Shown: positions 20,660-28,451 of the stretch, piece after piece
Layout of the letters: each line of letters opens with the position of its first letter
Numbering within the stretch: the stretch's first letter is position 1
DNA from: an uncultured Gemmatimonadales bacterium
GTDB taxonomy: Bacteria; Gemmatimonadota; Gemmatimonadetes; Gemmatimonadales; GWC2-71-9
Assembly: GCA_963728915.1 (NCBI GenBank)
Contig: CAVSLV010000003.1
Span: 192,370 to 256,369 of the forward strand
DNA: 64,000 bases
Direction of reading: 5' to 3'
The notes under the pieces: model-generated
The model's input: only the letters and a program-made list of their open reading frames with translations
Database searches by the model: none
Told to the model about the DNA's origin: nothing
Program-made: the position numbers and the translations under genes

Positions 20660-23365
20660 TTGACCGACAAGCGCCCCTCACCCGACGAGCTGCTCCGGCG
20701 CCTCCAGGAGGAAGAGACCCGGGCACAGCGCGGTCGTCTCAAGGTCTTCCTCGGCGCCTCTCCCGGCGTGGGGAAGACCTACACCATGCTGGAGATGGCG
20801 CGGGCGGCCCGGCAACAGGGTCTCGACGTCGCCATCGGCGTGGTCGAGACCCACGGCCGCCAGGAAACCGCGCGGTTGCTCGAAGGCCTCGAGACCCTCC
20901 CCCGCCGGGAGATCGAGTACCGGGGCACCTCCCTCAAGGAATTCGACCTCGACGGCGCCCTGCTCCGCCACCCCCATCTCCTGGTGCTCGATGAGCTGGC
21001 GCACACCAACGCGCCGGGCTCGCGGCACGACAAGCGCTGGCAGGACGTGGACGAGCTGCTCGCCGCCGGCCTCAACGTCTACACCACCCTCAACGTCCAG
21101 CATCTCGAGAGCCTGAACGATGTGGTGGCCCAGATCACCGGGATCCGGGTTAGGGAAACCGTTCCGGATTCGGTGCTCGAGCGGGCCGACGAGGTGGAGC
21201 TGGTCGACCTCCCGCCCGACGAGCTGCTCCAGCGGATGCGGGAAGGCAAGGTGTACCTGCCCGAGGCCGCGGGGCGCGCCCTCGACCGGTTCTTCCGCAA
21301 GGGCAACCTGATCGCGCTGCGCGAAATCGCGCTCCGCCGGACCGCGGAGCGGGTCGATGCCCAGATGCGCGGCTATATGGCGGAACAGGGGATTCGGGAG
21401 ACCTGGCCGGCCACGGAACGGGTCCTGGTCTGCGTCGGGGCGGGCGCCGATGCGGCGCGGGTGGTGCGAGCCGGCAAGCGGATCGCGGAGCGGCTCGGCA
21501 CCGGATGGACGGTGGCCCACGTGGAGCGTCCCGGGGTCCGCGCTCCCGACCGCGCCTCCCAGCTGGGGCAGACTCTGGCGGTTGCCGAGCGCCTCGGCGC
21601 CGAGGTGATCACCCTGAGCGGGCTCGATCCGGTGCAGGAGATCCTGGCCTGGGCCAAGGCGCGCAACGTCACGCGCCTCGTGGTCGGCAAACCGGCGATG
21701 CGTCGCTGGGCGCTGCTCCGGAAGAGCATGGTCGATGGATTGGTGCGCGGCAGCGAGGGGATCGACATCCACGTGGTGACGGGTGAGCCGGACCGGATCG
21801 AACAACCCGCCTCGCGGCCGGCCACCGCTCGCAGTCCGCTCCGGGAGTACGCGGCGGCGGCGCTGGTGCCCGCGCTGATTACCGCGGTCTCGGCCGCGCT
21901 GCGCGGATTCTCCCTCGCCTCGGCCGATTTCGCGATGCTCTACCTCCTAGGTGTCGTCTTCGTGGCGTCGCGGCGGGCCCGGGGTCCCAGTGTGGCTGCC
22001 TCCGCGCTCAGCATCGCCCTGTTCGATTTCTTCTTCGTGCAGCCCTACTACACGTTCTCGGTGACCGATGCGCGTTATGTGCTGACCTTCGCCGTCATGC
22101 TCCTGGTCGCCCTGGTCATGGGCGACCTGACCGGGCGGGTGCGGAGTCAGGCCGAGGCGGCCCGGGAGCGGGAGCGCTACACCGCGACCCTGTATGGGTT
22201 CAGCAAGGAGCTCGCGGCGGCCCGGATGCGGGCCGACCTGGCCCGGGTCACCCTGCAGCATCTCCAGGCGCTGTTCGGCGGCGCGGTCACCCTGCTGCTC
22301 CCGGAAGCAGGCGGGGTGCTGACCCGGGTCGCCTGGCTGCCGGAGCACGAGACCAGCGAGAAAGAGCTGAGCGTGGCGCGCTGGGTGTTTGCGCACGGGC
22401 AGCCGGCCGGGCTCGGAACATCGACGCTACCGGCCGCGGAAGCGTTGTACCTCCCGCTGACCGCCGGCGACCAGGGCCGACGACTGGGCGTCATCGGCTT
22501 GCGACCCGAGCCACCCGACCGATTCGGTAACCCGGCACAGCGCCGCTTGCTCGAGAGCATGGTGGATCAGGCGGGCGTGGCGCTGGAGCGAAGCGACCTG
22601 GCCGACGCGGCTCGGCGCGCCCACATGGAAGCGGAAGCGGAGCGGCTCCGGATTTCGCTGCTGACCTCTCTTTCTCACGATATGCGCACGCCGCTCGGGG
22701 CGATTCAGGGGGCCGCGAGCGCCCTGCTCAGCGAAGGGCCGCTTGCGGTCGCGACGCCGGAGCAGCGCGATCTCGCCGATACCATTCTCGAGGAATCCCG
22801 CCGGATGGACCGGCTGGTGAGAAACCTGCTCGACATGATTCGTCTGGAGACCGGCGCCCTGACCGTGCAGCGCGAGTGGCAGGTGCTCTCCGACATCGTC
22901 GGCGTCGGGTTGATCCGGCTGAGTCCGCGGCTTCGGGACCACCCGGTGAAGGTTGAGATCCCCGCCGACCTCCCGCTGGTCCCGGTGGATGACGTCCTGC
23001 TGGAGCAGGTGCTGGTGAACCTGGTGGAGAACGCCGCCAAACACACCGCTCCGGGGACTCCCATCGAAATCGGTGCGCGAGCCCGGGAGAATGCGGTGGA
23101 TGTATGGGTGGCGGACCGGGGCGCTGGGCTCCCTCCCGGACGGGAAGAAGAGATGTTCGAGAAGTTCAAGCGGGGTGGCAGCACCAGCGCGGGGGTCGGA
23201 CTCGGACTGACTATCGTCCGCGGCATCGTGAAGGCCCACGGCGGAACCATCGCGGCCGCGAACCGAGAGGGCGGAGGCGCGATCTTCACCGTGACCCTGC
23301 CAATCGTCGGCAAACCCCCGGCCCCTCCGGTGGAAGCGGGCAAACCGGCTCCTCAGAGCGCATGA
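20660..23365 (+). CDS. kdpD: Sensor histidine kinase KdpD
   Basis: GASPGVGKT, DELAHTN, USP domain, 4 TM segments, SHDMRTP, HATPase. Confidence 0.96.
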   Translation: MTDKRPSPDELLRRLQEEETRAQRGRLKVFLGASPGVGKTYTMLEMARAARQQGLDVAIGVVETHGRQETARLLEGLETLPRREIEYRGTSLKEFDLDGALLRHPHLLVLDELAHTNAPGSRHDKRWQDVDELLAAGLNVYTTLNVQHLESLNDVVAQITGIRVRETVPDSVLERADEVELVDLPPDELLQRMREGKVYLPEAAGRALDRFFRKGNLIALREIALRRTAERVDAQMRGYMAEQGIRETWPATERVLVCVGAGADAARVVRAGKRIAERLGTGWTVAHVERPGVRAPDRASQLGQTLAVAERLGAEVITLSGLDPVQEILAWAKARNVTRLVVGKPAMRRWALLRKSMVDGLVRGSEGIDIHVVTGEPDRIEQPASRPATARSPLREYAAAALVPALITAVSAALRGFSLASADFAMLYLLGVVFVASRRARGPSVAASALSIALFDFFFVQPYYTFSVTDARYVLTFAVMLLVALVMGDLTGRVRSQAEAARERERYTATLYGFSKELAAARMRADLARVTLQHLQALFGGAVTLLLPEAGGVLTRVAWLPEHETSEKELSVARWVFAHGQPAGLGTSTLPAAEALYLPLTAGDQGRRLGVIGLRPEPPDRFGNPAQRRLLESMVDQAGVALERSDLADAARRAHMEAEAERLRISLLTSLSHDMRTPLGAIQGAASALLSEGPLAVATPEQRDLADTILEESRRMDRLVRNLLDMIRLETGALTVQREWQVLSDIVGVGLIRLSPRLRDHPVKVEIPADLPLVPVDDVLLEQVLVNLVENAAKHTAPGTPIEIGARARENAVDVWVADRGAGLPPGREEEMFEKFKRGGSTSAGVGLGLTIVRGIVKAHGGTIAAANREGGGAIFTVTLPIVGKPPAPPVEAGKPAPQSA

Positions 23366-24063
23366 GCACTGGAACGCCCCCCACCATTCTGCTGATCGAG
23401 GACGAGCCGCCGATGCGCCGGTTCCTGCGGACGGCCCTCGAGGGCGATGGGTTCCACCTGGTCGAGGCAGAATCGGGACGCGAAGGCCTGCGTCAGGCGG
23501 CGGGACGAAAGCCCGACGTGATTCTCCTCGATCTCGGCCTGCCTGATCTCGATGGGTTGGAAGTGACCCGCCGGCTCCGGGAATGGAGCACGGTTCCGGT
23601 GATCGTGATCTCCGCCCGGGGACAGGAGGCGGACAAGGTGGCGGCACTCGACGCCGGCGCCGACGATTATCTCACCAAGCCATTCGGCGTGGACGAGCTC
23701 ATGGCGCGGATCCGGGTCGCGCTGCGGCATCAGTCTCGGGTGCCTGGACAACCGGAACCGGTCTTCGAGAGCCACGGTGTGCGGGTCGACCTGGGTGACC
23801 GTCGAGTGACCCGGAACGGTCAGGAGGTTCGGCTCACACCCACCGAGTACCGGCTCCTGGCTGCAATGGTGCGCCACGCCGGCAAGGTCCTCACCCATCG
23901 GCAGCTGCTCAAGGAGGTCTGGGGCCAGGGTGGCGAGGCGCAGAGTCATTATCTGCGGGTCTACGTCAATCAGCTCCGCCAGAAGCTCGAGCGGGACCCG
24001 GCGCGTCCCGACCTGATCCGGACCGAGCTCGGCGTCGGCTACCGCCTGATCGGCGAACCCTAG
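23362..24063 (+). CDS. kdpE: Response regulator KdpE
   Basis: ATG overlaps the kdpD stop; LLDLGLPDLDG, DDYLTKPF, winged helix, TELGVGY. Confidence 0.95.
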   Translation: MSTGTPPTILLIEDEPPMRRFLRTALEGDGFHLVEAESGREGLRQAAGRKPDVILLDLGLPDLDGLEVTRRLREWSTVPVIVISARGQEADKVAALDAGADDYLTKPFGVDELMARIRVALRHQSRVPGQPEPVFESHGVRVDLGDRRVTRNGQEVRLTPTEYRLLAAMVRHAGKVLTHRQLLKEVWGQGGEAQSHYLRVYVNQLRQKLERDPARPDLIRTELGVGYRLIGEP

Positions 24064-24117
24064 CGTCCCCACCCTCTTATCTTCCTGCCCGCACCCCGCT
24101 TCAAAGGATCGCACCTC

Positions 24118-25503
24118 ATGACACGCCGACTCGCCCTCGCCGCCGGGTTATCGCTTGCCGCCGTCTCCCCTCTGTCGGCCCAGAAGCGTCCCGCCCCGAA
24201 TCCAATTCAGCGGGAATACCAGGCTGTGGCCGACCGGATCATCGCCGCCGCGACCGCCGACAGCGCCGCATGGAACAAGCTCGCCGAGCTGACCGACACG
24301 TTCGGCAACCGGCTGAGCGGGAGTGATGCGCTGGAGCGGGCGATCGACTGGATCCTGGCACGCATGAAACAGGAAGGGCTCGAGAACGTGCGAGGTGAGC
24401 CGGTCATGGTGCCCCACTGGGTCCGGGGCGAGGAGCACGCCGAGCTGCGCCAGCCGCGCTACCAGAATCTCCCCATGCTCGGGCTCGGCGGCAGCATCTC
24501 CACTCCGCCCGGCGGCATCGAAGCCGAGGTCGTGGTGGTCACCAGCTTCGATGAGTTGAAGCGACGCGGCACCGCGGTGAAGGACAAGATCGTGCTCTTC
24601 GATGTGCCGTTCACCAACTACGGACAGACGGTGCAGTACCGCAGCAATGGCGCGAATGAAGCATCCCGGCTCGGCGCGGTGGCCTCGCTGATTCGTTCGG
24701 TTGGCCCGTTCGGACTGCGCACTCCCCATACCGGCGCGATGGCCCCCTATGACACCACGGTGAAAGCGATTCCCGCCGCGGCGATCACGATGGAGGACGC
24801 CGCGATGCTGCACCGGATGCAGGACCGCGGACAGCGGATCGTGGTGCGCCTCGAGATGTCGGCCCATACCCTGCCCGATGCGCCTTCTCGCAACGTGATC
24901 GGCGAGATCGTGGGCCGCGAGAAGCCCGATGAGGTGGTGGTATTCGGCGGCCACATCGACTCGTGGGACGTGGGCTTCGGGGCGATGGACGACGGGGGCG
25001 GGATGATGACCGCCTGGGAAGCGGTCCGCCTGCTCCAGAAGCTCGGGCTCCGGCCCCGGCGCACCATTCGCGCGGTCGGCTGGACCAACGAAGAGAATGG
25101 TGGCCGGGGCGGAGAGGGCTATCGCGACGCCCATCGCAATGAAATGGACAAGCACATCGCCGCGATCGAGTCCGACGGCGGGACCTTCAAATTCCGGGGC
25201 TTCGGGTTCAGCGGGGGCGATTCGGCCTATGCGATCGTCCGGCAGATCGGCAAGCTGCTCAAGCCACTTGGCGCCGACACCATCTTCAAGGGCGGCGGCG
25301 GGGCCGATATCGGCCCCATGATGCAGCTCGGCGTCCCGGGGATGTCGCACAACGTGGACGGCACCCGCTATTTCTGGTATCACCACACTCCCGCCGACAA
25401 CGTCGACAAGATCGATCCGCGGGAGCTGGCCGAGAATGTGGCCGCGATGGCGATCATGGCGTACGTGCTCGCGGAGATGCCGCAGCCGTTGCCGAGGCGA
25501 TGA
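24118..25503 (+). CDS. M28 peptidase (carboxypeptidase Q-like), exported
   Basis: GHIDSWD, GAMDDGGG, NEENG, ESD, YHHTPAD. Confidence 0.92.
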   Translation: MTRRLALAAGLSLAAVSPLSAQKRPAPNPIQREYQAVADRIIAAATADSAAWNKLAELTDTFGNRLSGSDALERAIDWILARMKQEGLENVRGEPVMVPHWVRGEEHAELRQPRYQNLPMLGLGGSISTPPGGIEAEVVVVTSFDELKRRGTAVKDKIVLFDVPFTNYGQTVQYRSNGANEASRLGAVASLIRSVGPFGLRTPHTGAMAPYDTTVKAIPAAAITMEDAAMLHRMQDRGQRIVVRLEMSAHTLPDAPSRNVIGEIVGREKPDEVVVFGGHIDSWDVGFGAMDDGGGMMTAWEAVRLLQKLGLRPRRTIRAVGWTNEENGGRGGEGYRDAHRNEMDKHIAAIESDGGTFKFRGFGFSGGDSAYAIVRQIGKLLKPLGADTIFKGGGGADIGPMMQLGVPGMSHNVDGTRYFWYHHTPADNVDKIDPRELAENVAAMAIMAYVLAEMPQPLPRR

Positions 25504-25510
25504 TGAAGTG

Positions 25511-25551
25511 GCTAGGGGTGAGGGGTTAGTACCAAATCCCTAGCCCCTAGC
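25511..25551. terminator. Hairpin between convergent genes
   Basis: GCTAGGGG (25511-18) pairs with CCCCTAGC (25544-51). Confidence 0.5.
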
Positions 25552-25575
25552 ATTTAGCTTCGCGACCACCCCGGA

Positions 25576-26313
25576 TCAGGCCGGCCCTCCCTTGCCATCA
25601 AGCAAGCCGGAAAGGGCGTCGAGCCGCTCGGTCCAGAACGTCTTGAAGCGCGTAGCCGAATCCTGATCGGGCAGCTTCGCGTGTTCGATGGCAACCTGGC
25701 TCTTTCGGGTCGCCTTCGACGTGAACCGTGCTTCCACCGTCGAACCGTCGGGCCAGTCGAGGCGAAGCACCTTGTTCGGCTGGCCGCTTCGCGCCGTGGC
25801 CTTCGATTCGCCCAGCCACCGTTTGCGGGTCGCGGGGGCGTGCCAGGCGCGATAGAGCTGCGAGACGGAAACGGGGTACGTCCTGCTCTTGTTGACCCGG
25901 AACGATCCGCCCCGCTGCTGGCCGCGAACCCTGAGACCCTTGATGCGTTCGTATCCCACCGTGACGGTCTGAGTCCACCAGTCGCCGGTGTTGTAATGCT
26001 TCCGAACGAACTCGGCGATCTGGCGATGGGGCCAGGTATAGGCCTGGTGGTAATCGAGCGCCTTCACCCAGTTCCCCCAGGTGCAGCCCGTCGTGGCCTT
26101 GATGGCGGCGTCGCTCATGCCCGCAAGGCGGGCATACTCTTGCGGGTTAGGAGATGATCCGGGCACGACGGGGATTGGGACGGCCCTTGTCCGCCCGTCC
26201 GCCTTTCCGCCTGTCCGTCTTGAGAGGAGTTTCGCGCGGGCGGTGGTGTACGATTCGCCCGTCTTGTGCATGCGCCCGCGAACCAGGCGCTTGAAGTCCT
26301 TGTCGGTCGGCAT
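25576..26313 (-). CDS. Hypothetical protein: basic N-terminal helix, DUF4287-like middle, SRPBCC-like C-terminus
   Basis: ATG at 26313 with SD AAAGGA; MPTDKDFKRLVRGRMHKTGESYTTARAKL; AIKATTGCTWGNW...WWTQTVTVGYE; IEHAKL...FWTERL. Domain calls are by eye. Confidence 0.8.
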   Translation of the reverse strand: MPTDKDFKRLVRGRMHKTGESYTTARAKLLSRRTGGKADGRTRAVPIPVVPGSSPNPQEYARLAGMSDAAIKATTGCTWGNWVKALDYHQAYTWPHRQIAEFVRKHYNTGDWWTQTVTVGYERIKGLRVRGQQRGGSFRVNKSRTYPVSVSQLYRAWHAPATRKRWLGESKATARSGQPNKVLRLDWPDGSTVEARFTSKATRKSQVAIEHAKLPDQDSATRFKTFWTERLDALSGLLDGKGGPA

Positions 26314-26470
26314 GTTCGGTCCTTTGGTCGGGCCGCGGGCACGCTCCCCAGCAGTGGCGCCTCGCAGCGTCGCCAAAGACCGTCACCTCGATCCGGGAGT
26401 CTGCCCCCCTTTGCCTCGCACGGGCCCCTGCTGGGGAGGAGTCGATGAGGTTAGGCGCGGATCAATCGCC
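26314..26470 (-). ncRNA. Candidate structured cis-regulatory leader RNA
   Basis: Perfect 11-bp stem (26344-54/26428-38), inner hairpin 26395-26408, outer CCGCG/CGCGG stem, anti-SD pairing, upstream TTGCGA-N17-CATACT promoter. Confidence 0.65.
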
Positions 26471-26840
26471 GGAAATAGTATGGGAGCGGGGATCGGAAAT
26501 CGCAAGAGAGGTACGGGGTGCTGGGCGGATTCACCCTGAGGTACACCAGCCAGCCCCGTCGCTCCTGCCAGGCCCGCTCGGTCCAGTCAAGCGCGGCCTC
26601 CCGATTGCCAAGGCCGATGAGCGGGACGACGTGGGGATGCACCAGCTCCGCGGCGATCCGGATTTCCCTGAGAAATCGGTCACTCCCGAGCGCAGAACCG
26701 AACTCCGGTGAGAGCACCTTGATCGCGACCTTGCGGCCGTGACGGAGGTCCTGAGCGAGGTAGACGGTCGCCATTCCCCCATGCCTCACCACGCTCTCCA
26801 GGACGTAGTCCGGAGAAACCGACGGAAGGGAGTCCCTCAC
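26451..26840 (-). pseudogene. Ser/Thr kinase remnant: kinase N-lobe fused to a C-terminal TPR-type tail
   Basis: GGMATVYLAQDLRHGRKVAIKVL...HPHVVPLI joins directly to GLGNREAALDWTERAWQERRGWLVYLRVNP; no HRD or DFG. Confidence 0.8.
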
Positions 26841-26861
26841 ACCTCACACCTCACCCCTCGC
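26834..26861. repeat. Heptamer tandem repeat (nCCTCAC x4)
   Basis: CCCTCAC ACCTCAC ACCTCAC CCCTCGC. Confidence 0.7.
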
Positions 26862-26868
26862 AGCTACA

Positions 26869-28404
26869 CTACTGCGTTCCCAATCTCCCGGCTCCCGGTC
26901 TCGGCATCTGCGCCGGCCGGTTGGCAAGCTCGTATGCCGTCCACGCCACCACCGTGGCCGCCTGCTTGAGATCGTCGATGACCAGGTGTTCGTAGGTGTC
27001 CACGTTCGAGTGGTGGGTCCGGGTGCCGTACTCGATGGGGTCCTGGATGAAGTTGAAGCCGGGGACTCCCGCCGCGACGAAGTTCAAGTGGTCGGTCCCG
27101 CCGGTATTCCCATGGCGCACCGCGACCACGCCCAGGTCCTGGAACGGCGCAAGGATCTGCTGGAAGATGGGAATCGCCGCCGAGTTCGACTGATCCCAGA
27201 TCCCTCGGAGCCTGCCGGTGCCATTGTCCACGTTGAGATACGCCGAGATCTTCGGCAGCTCGGCGCTATGCTCCCGGAGCCACGCGCGGGAGCCGAGAAG
27301 TCCCTGCTCCTCGCCGGTCCAGAGGCCGATCCGCACGGTACGCCGCATCGGGAGGCCGGTCGCCTTGAGGATGCGCATCGCCTCCATCATCACCACCGAG
27401 CCAGCCCCGTTGTCGGTGGCCCCGGTGCCGGAGTGCCAGCTGTCGTAGTGCGCGCCGATCATCACCACTTCATCGGCCTTGTCGGTCCCGGGAATCTCCC
27501 CCGTCACGTTGGTGGGCACCCGGTTGTCGTCGAGGAACCGGCTCCGCACGTCGACTTCGAGCTTGACCGGTATGCCACGCTGGGTCAGGCGGTACAGGGT
27601 TCCGTACTGCTCGAGCGCGACGATCAGGTGGGGGATCGGGTTATACACGCTGTCCCGCGCGGTCCGGCCATCGAAGTGTCCGCCGTTGAGGAACAGGCCG
27701 TAGCTCCAGTTGGACGGCTGGAGCACCGCGACCGGCTGTTCGCTCCGGAGCAGCTGGCCAGTGAGCGCATTGAGCCGCTGGAACTGCTGGAAATTCCCCG
27801 GACCGCCGGGTCCCGCCGGCGGGCGGGGCGGCGGCGGATTGATCAGCTCATCGAGCGAGAGCCGGGTCTCCCGCGGCTCGAACTCGGGGCCGATCTCGCG
27901 AGGCGCTCCCCGTAACACGCACGCGCCCTTGAGCTTTCCGGCGTACTTCGCGATATCGGTGGTGTCCCGAATATCGAGGAGCACCGCGGTGCAGGTGACC
28001 GGGCCGGGCTTGCCCTTCATCATCGTGCTCCCGCTCCAGGCCTGCGGATAGGCCGCGAGCGGCTTGGTCCACGGCTCGAGGATTTCCCCGCTGTAGCGGA
28101 GCAGCTCCCAGCCCCGGCCGAAGGCGGAGTCCCAGGGCTCGAGCTTCAAGTTCGAGAGCCCGAAGGACTTGAGGGTCTCGACCGCCCAGTCATTGGCCCG
28201 GCGGCTCGCCGGCGAATTAGTGAGCCGGGCCCCGATGACGTCAGTGAGATAGCTCGCCAGGTCGTCGATCTTCGAGTGCTGCAATCCTTCGGCGCGAATC
28301 TTCTGCATCGCGGCCAGATCCACCGATTCGCTGACGACCTGCGAGGAGCCTTCATTCGAGATGACGGCAGCGAGCAGACCGGCGAGGATAAGCGTGCGTT
28401 TCAT
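26869..28404 (-). CDS. M28 peptidase, exported
   Basis: GAHYDSWH, GATDNGAG, GEEQGL, THHSNVD. Confidence 0.92.
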   Translation of the reverse strand: MKRTLILAGLLAAVISNEGSSQVVSESVDLAAMQKIRAEGLQHSKIDDLASYLTDVIGARLTNSPASRRANDWAVETLKSFGLSNLKLEPWDSAFGRGWELLRYSGEILEPWTKPLAAYPQAWSGSTMMKGKPGPVTCTAVLLDIRDTTDIAKYAGKLKGACVLRGAPREIGPEFEPRETRLSLDELINPPPPRPPAGPGGPGNFQQFQRLNALTGQLLRSEQPVAVLQPSNWSYGLFLNGGHFDGRTARDSVYNPIPHLIVALEQYGTLYRLTQRGIPVKLEVDVRSRFLDDNRVPTNVTGEIPGTDKADEVVMIGAHYDSWHSGTGATDNGAGSVVMMEAMRILKATGLPMRRTVRIGLWTGEEQGLLGSRAWLREHSAELPKISAYLNVDNGTGRLRGIWDQSNSAAIPIFQQILAPFQDLGVVAVRHGNTGGTDHLNFVAAGVPGFNFIQDPIEYGTRTHHSNVDTYEHLVIDDLKQAATVVAWTAYELANRPAQMPRPGAGRLGTQ

Positions 28405-28451
28405 TGATTCGCTTCCCGATTAGGTGTCGTGTTGTACTGTGGTCTCACCGA

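Noticed and set aside
26450..26456. GTTAGGC core-like heptamer
   Set aside because: No attC palindrome or matching inverse core nearby; it lies within the candidate leader RNA and is likely chance.
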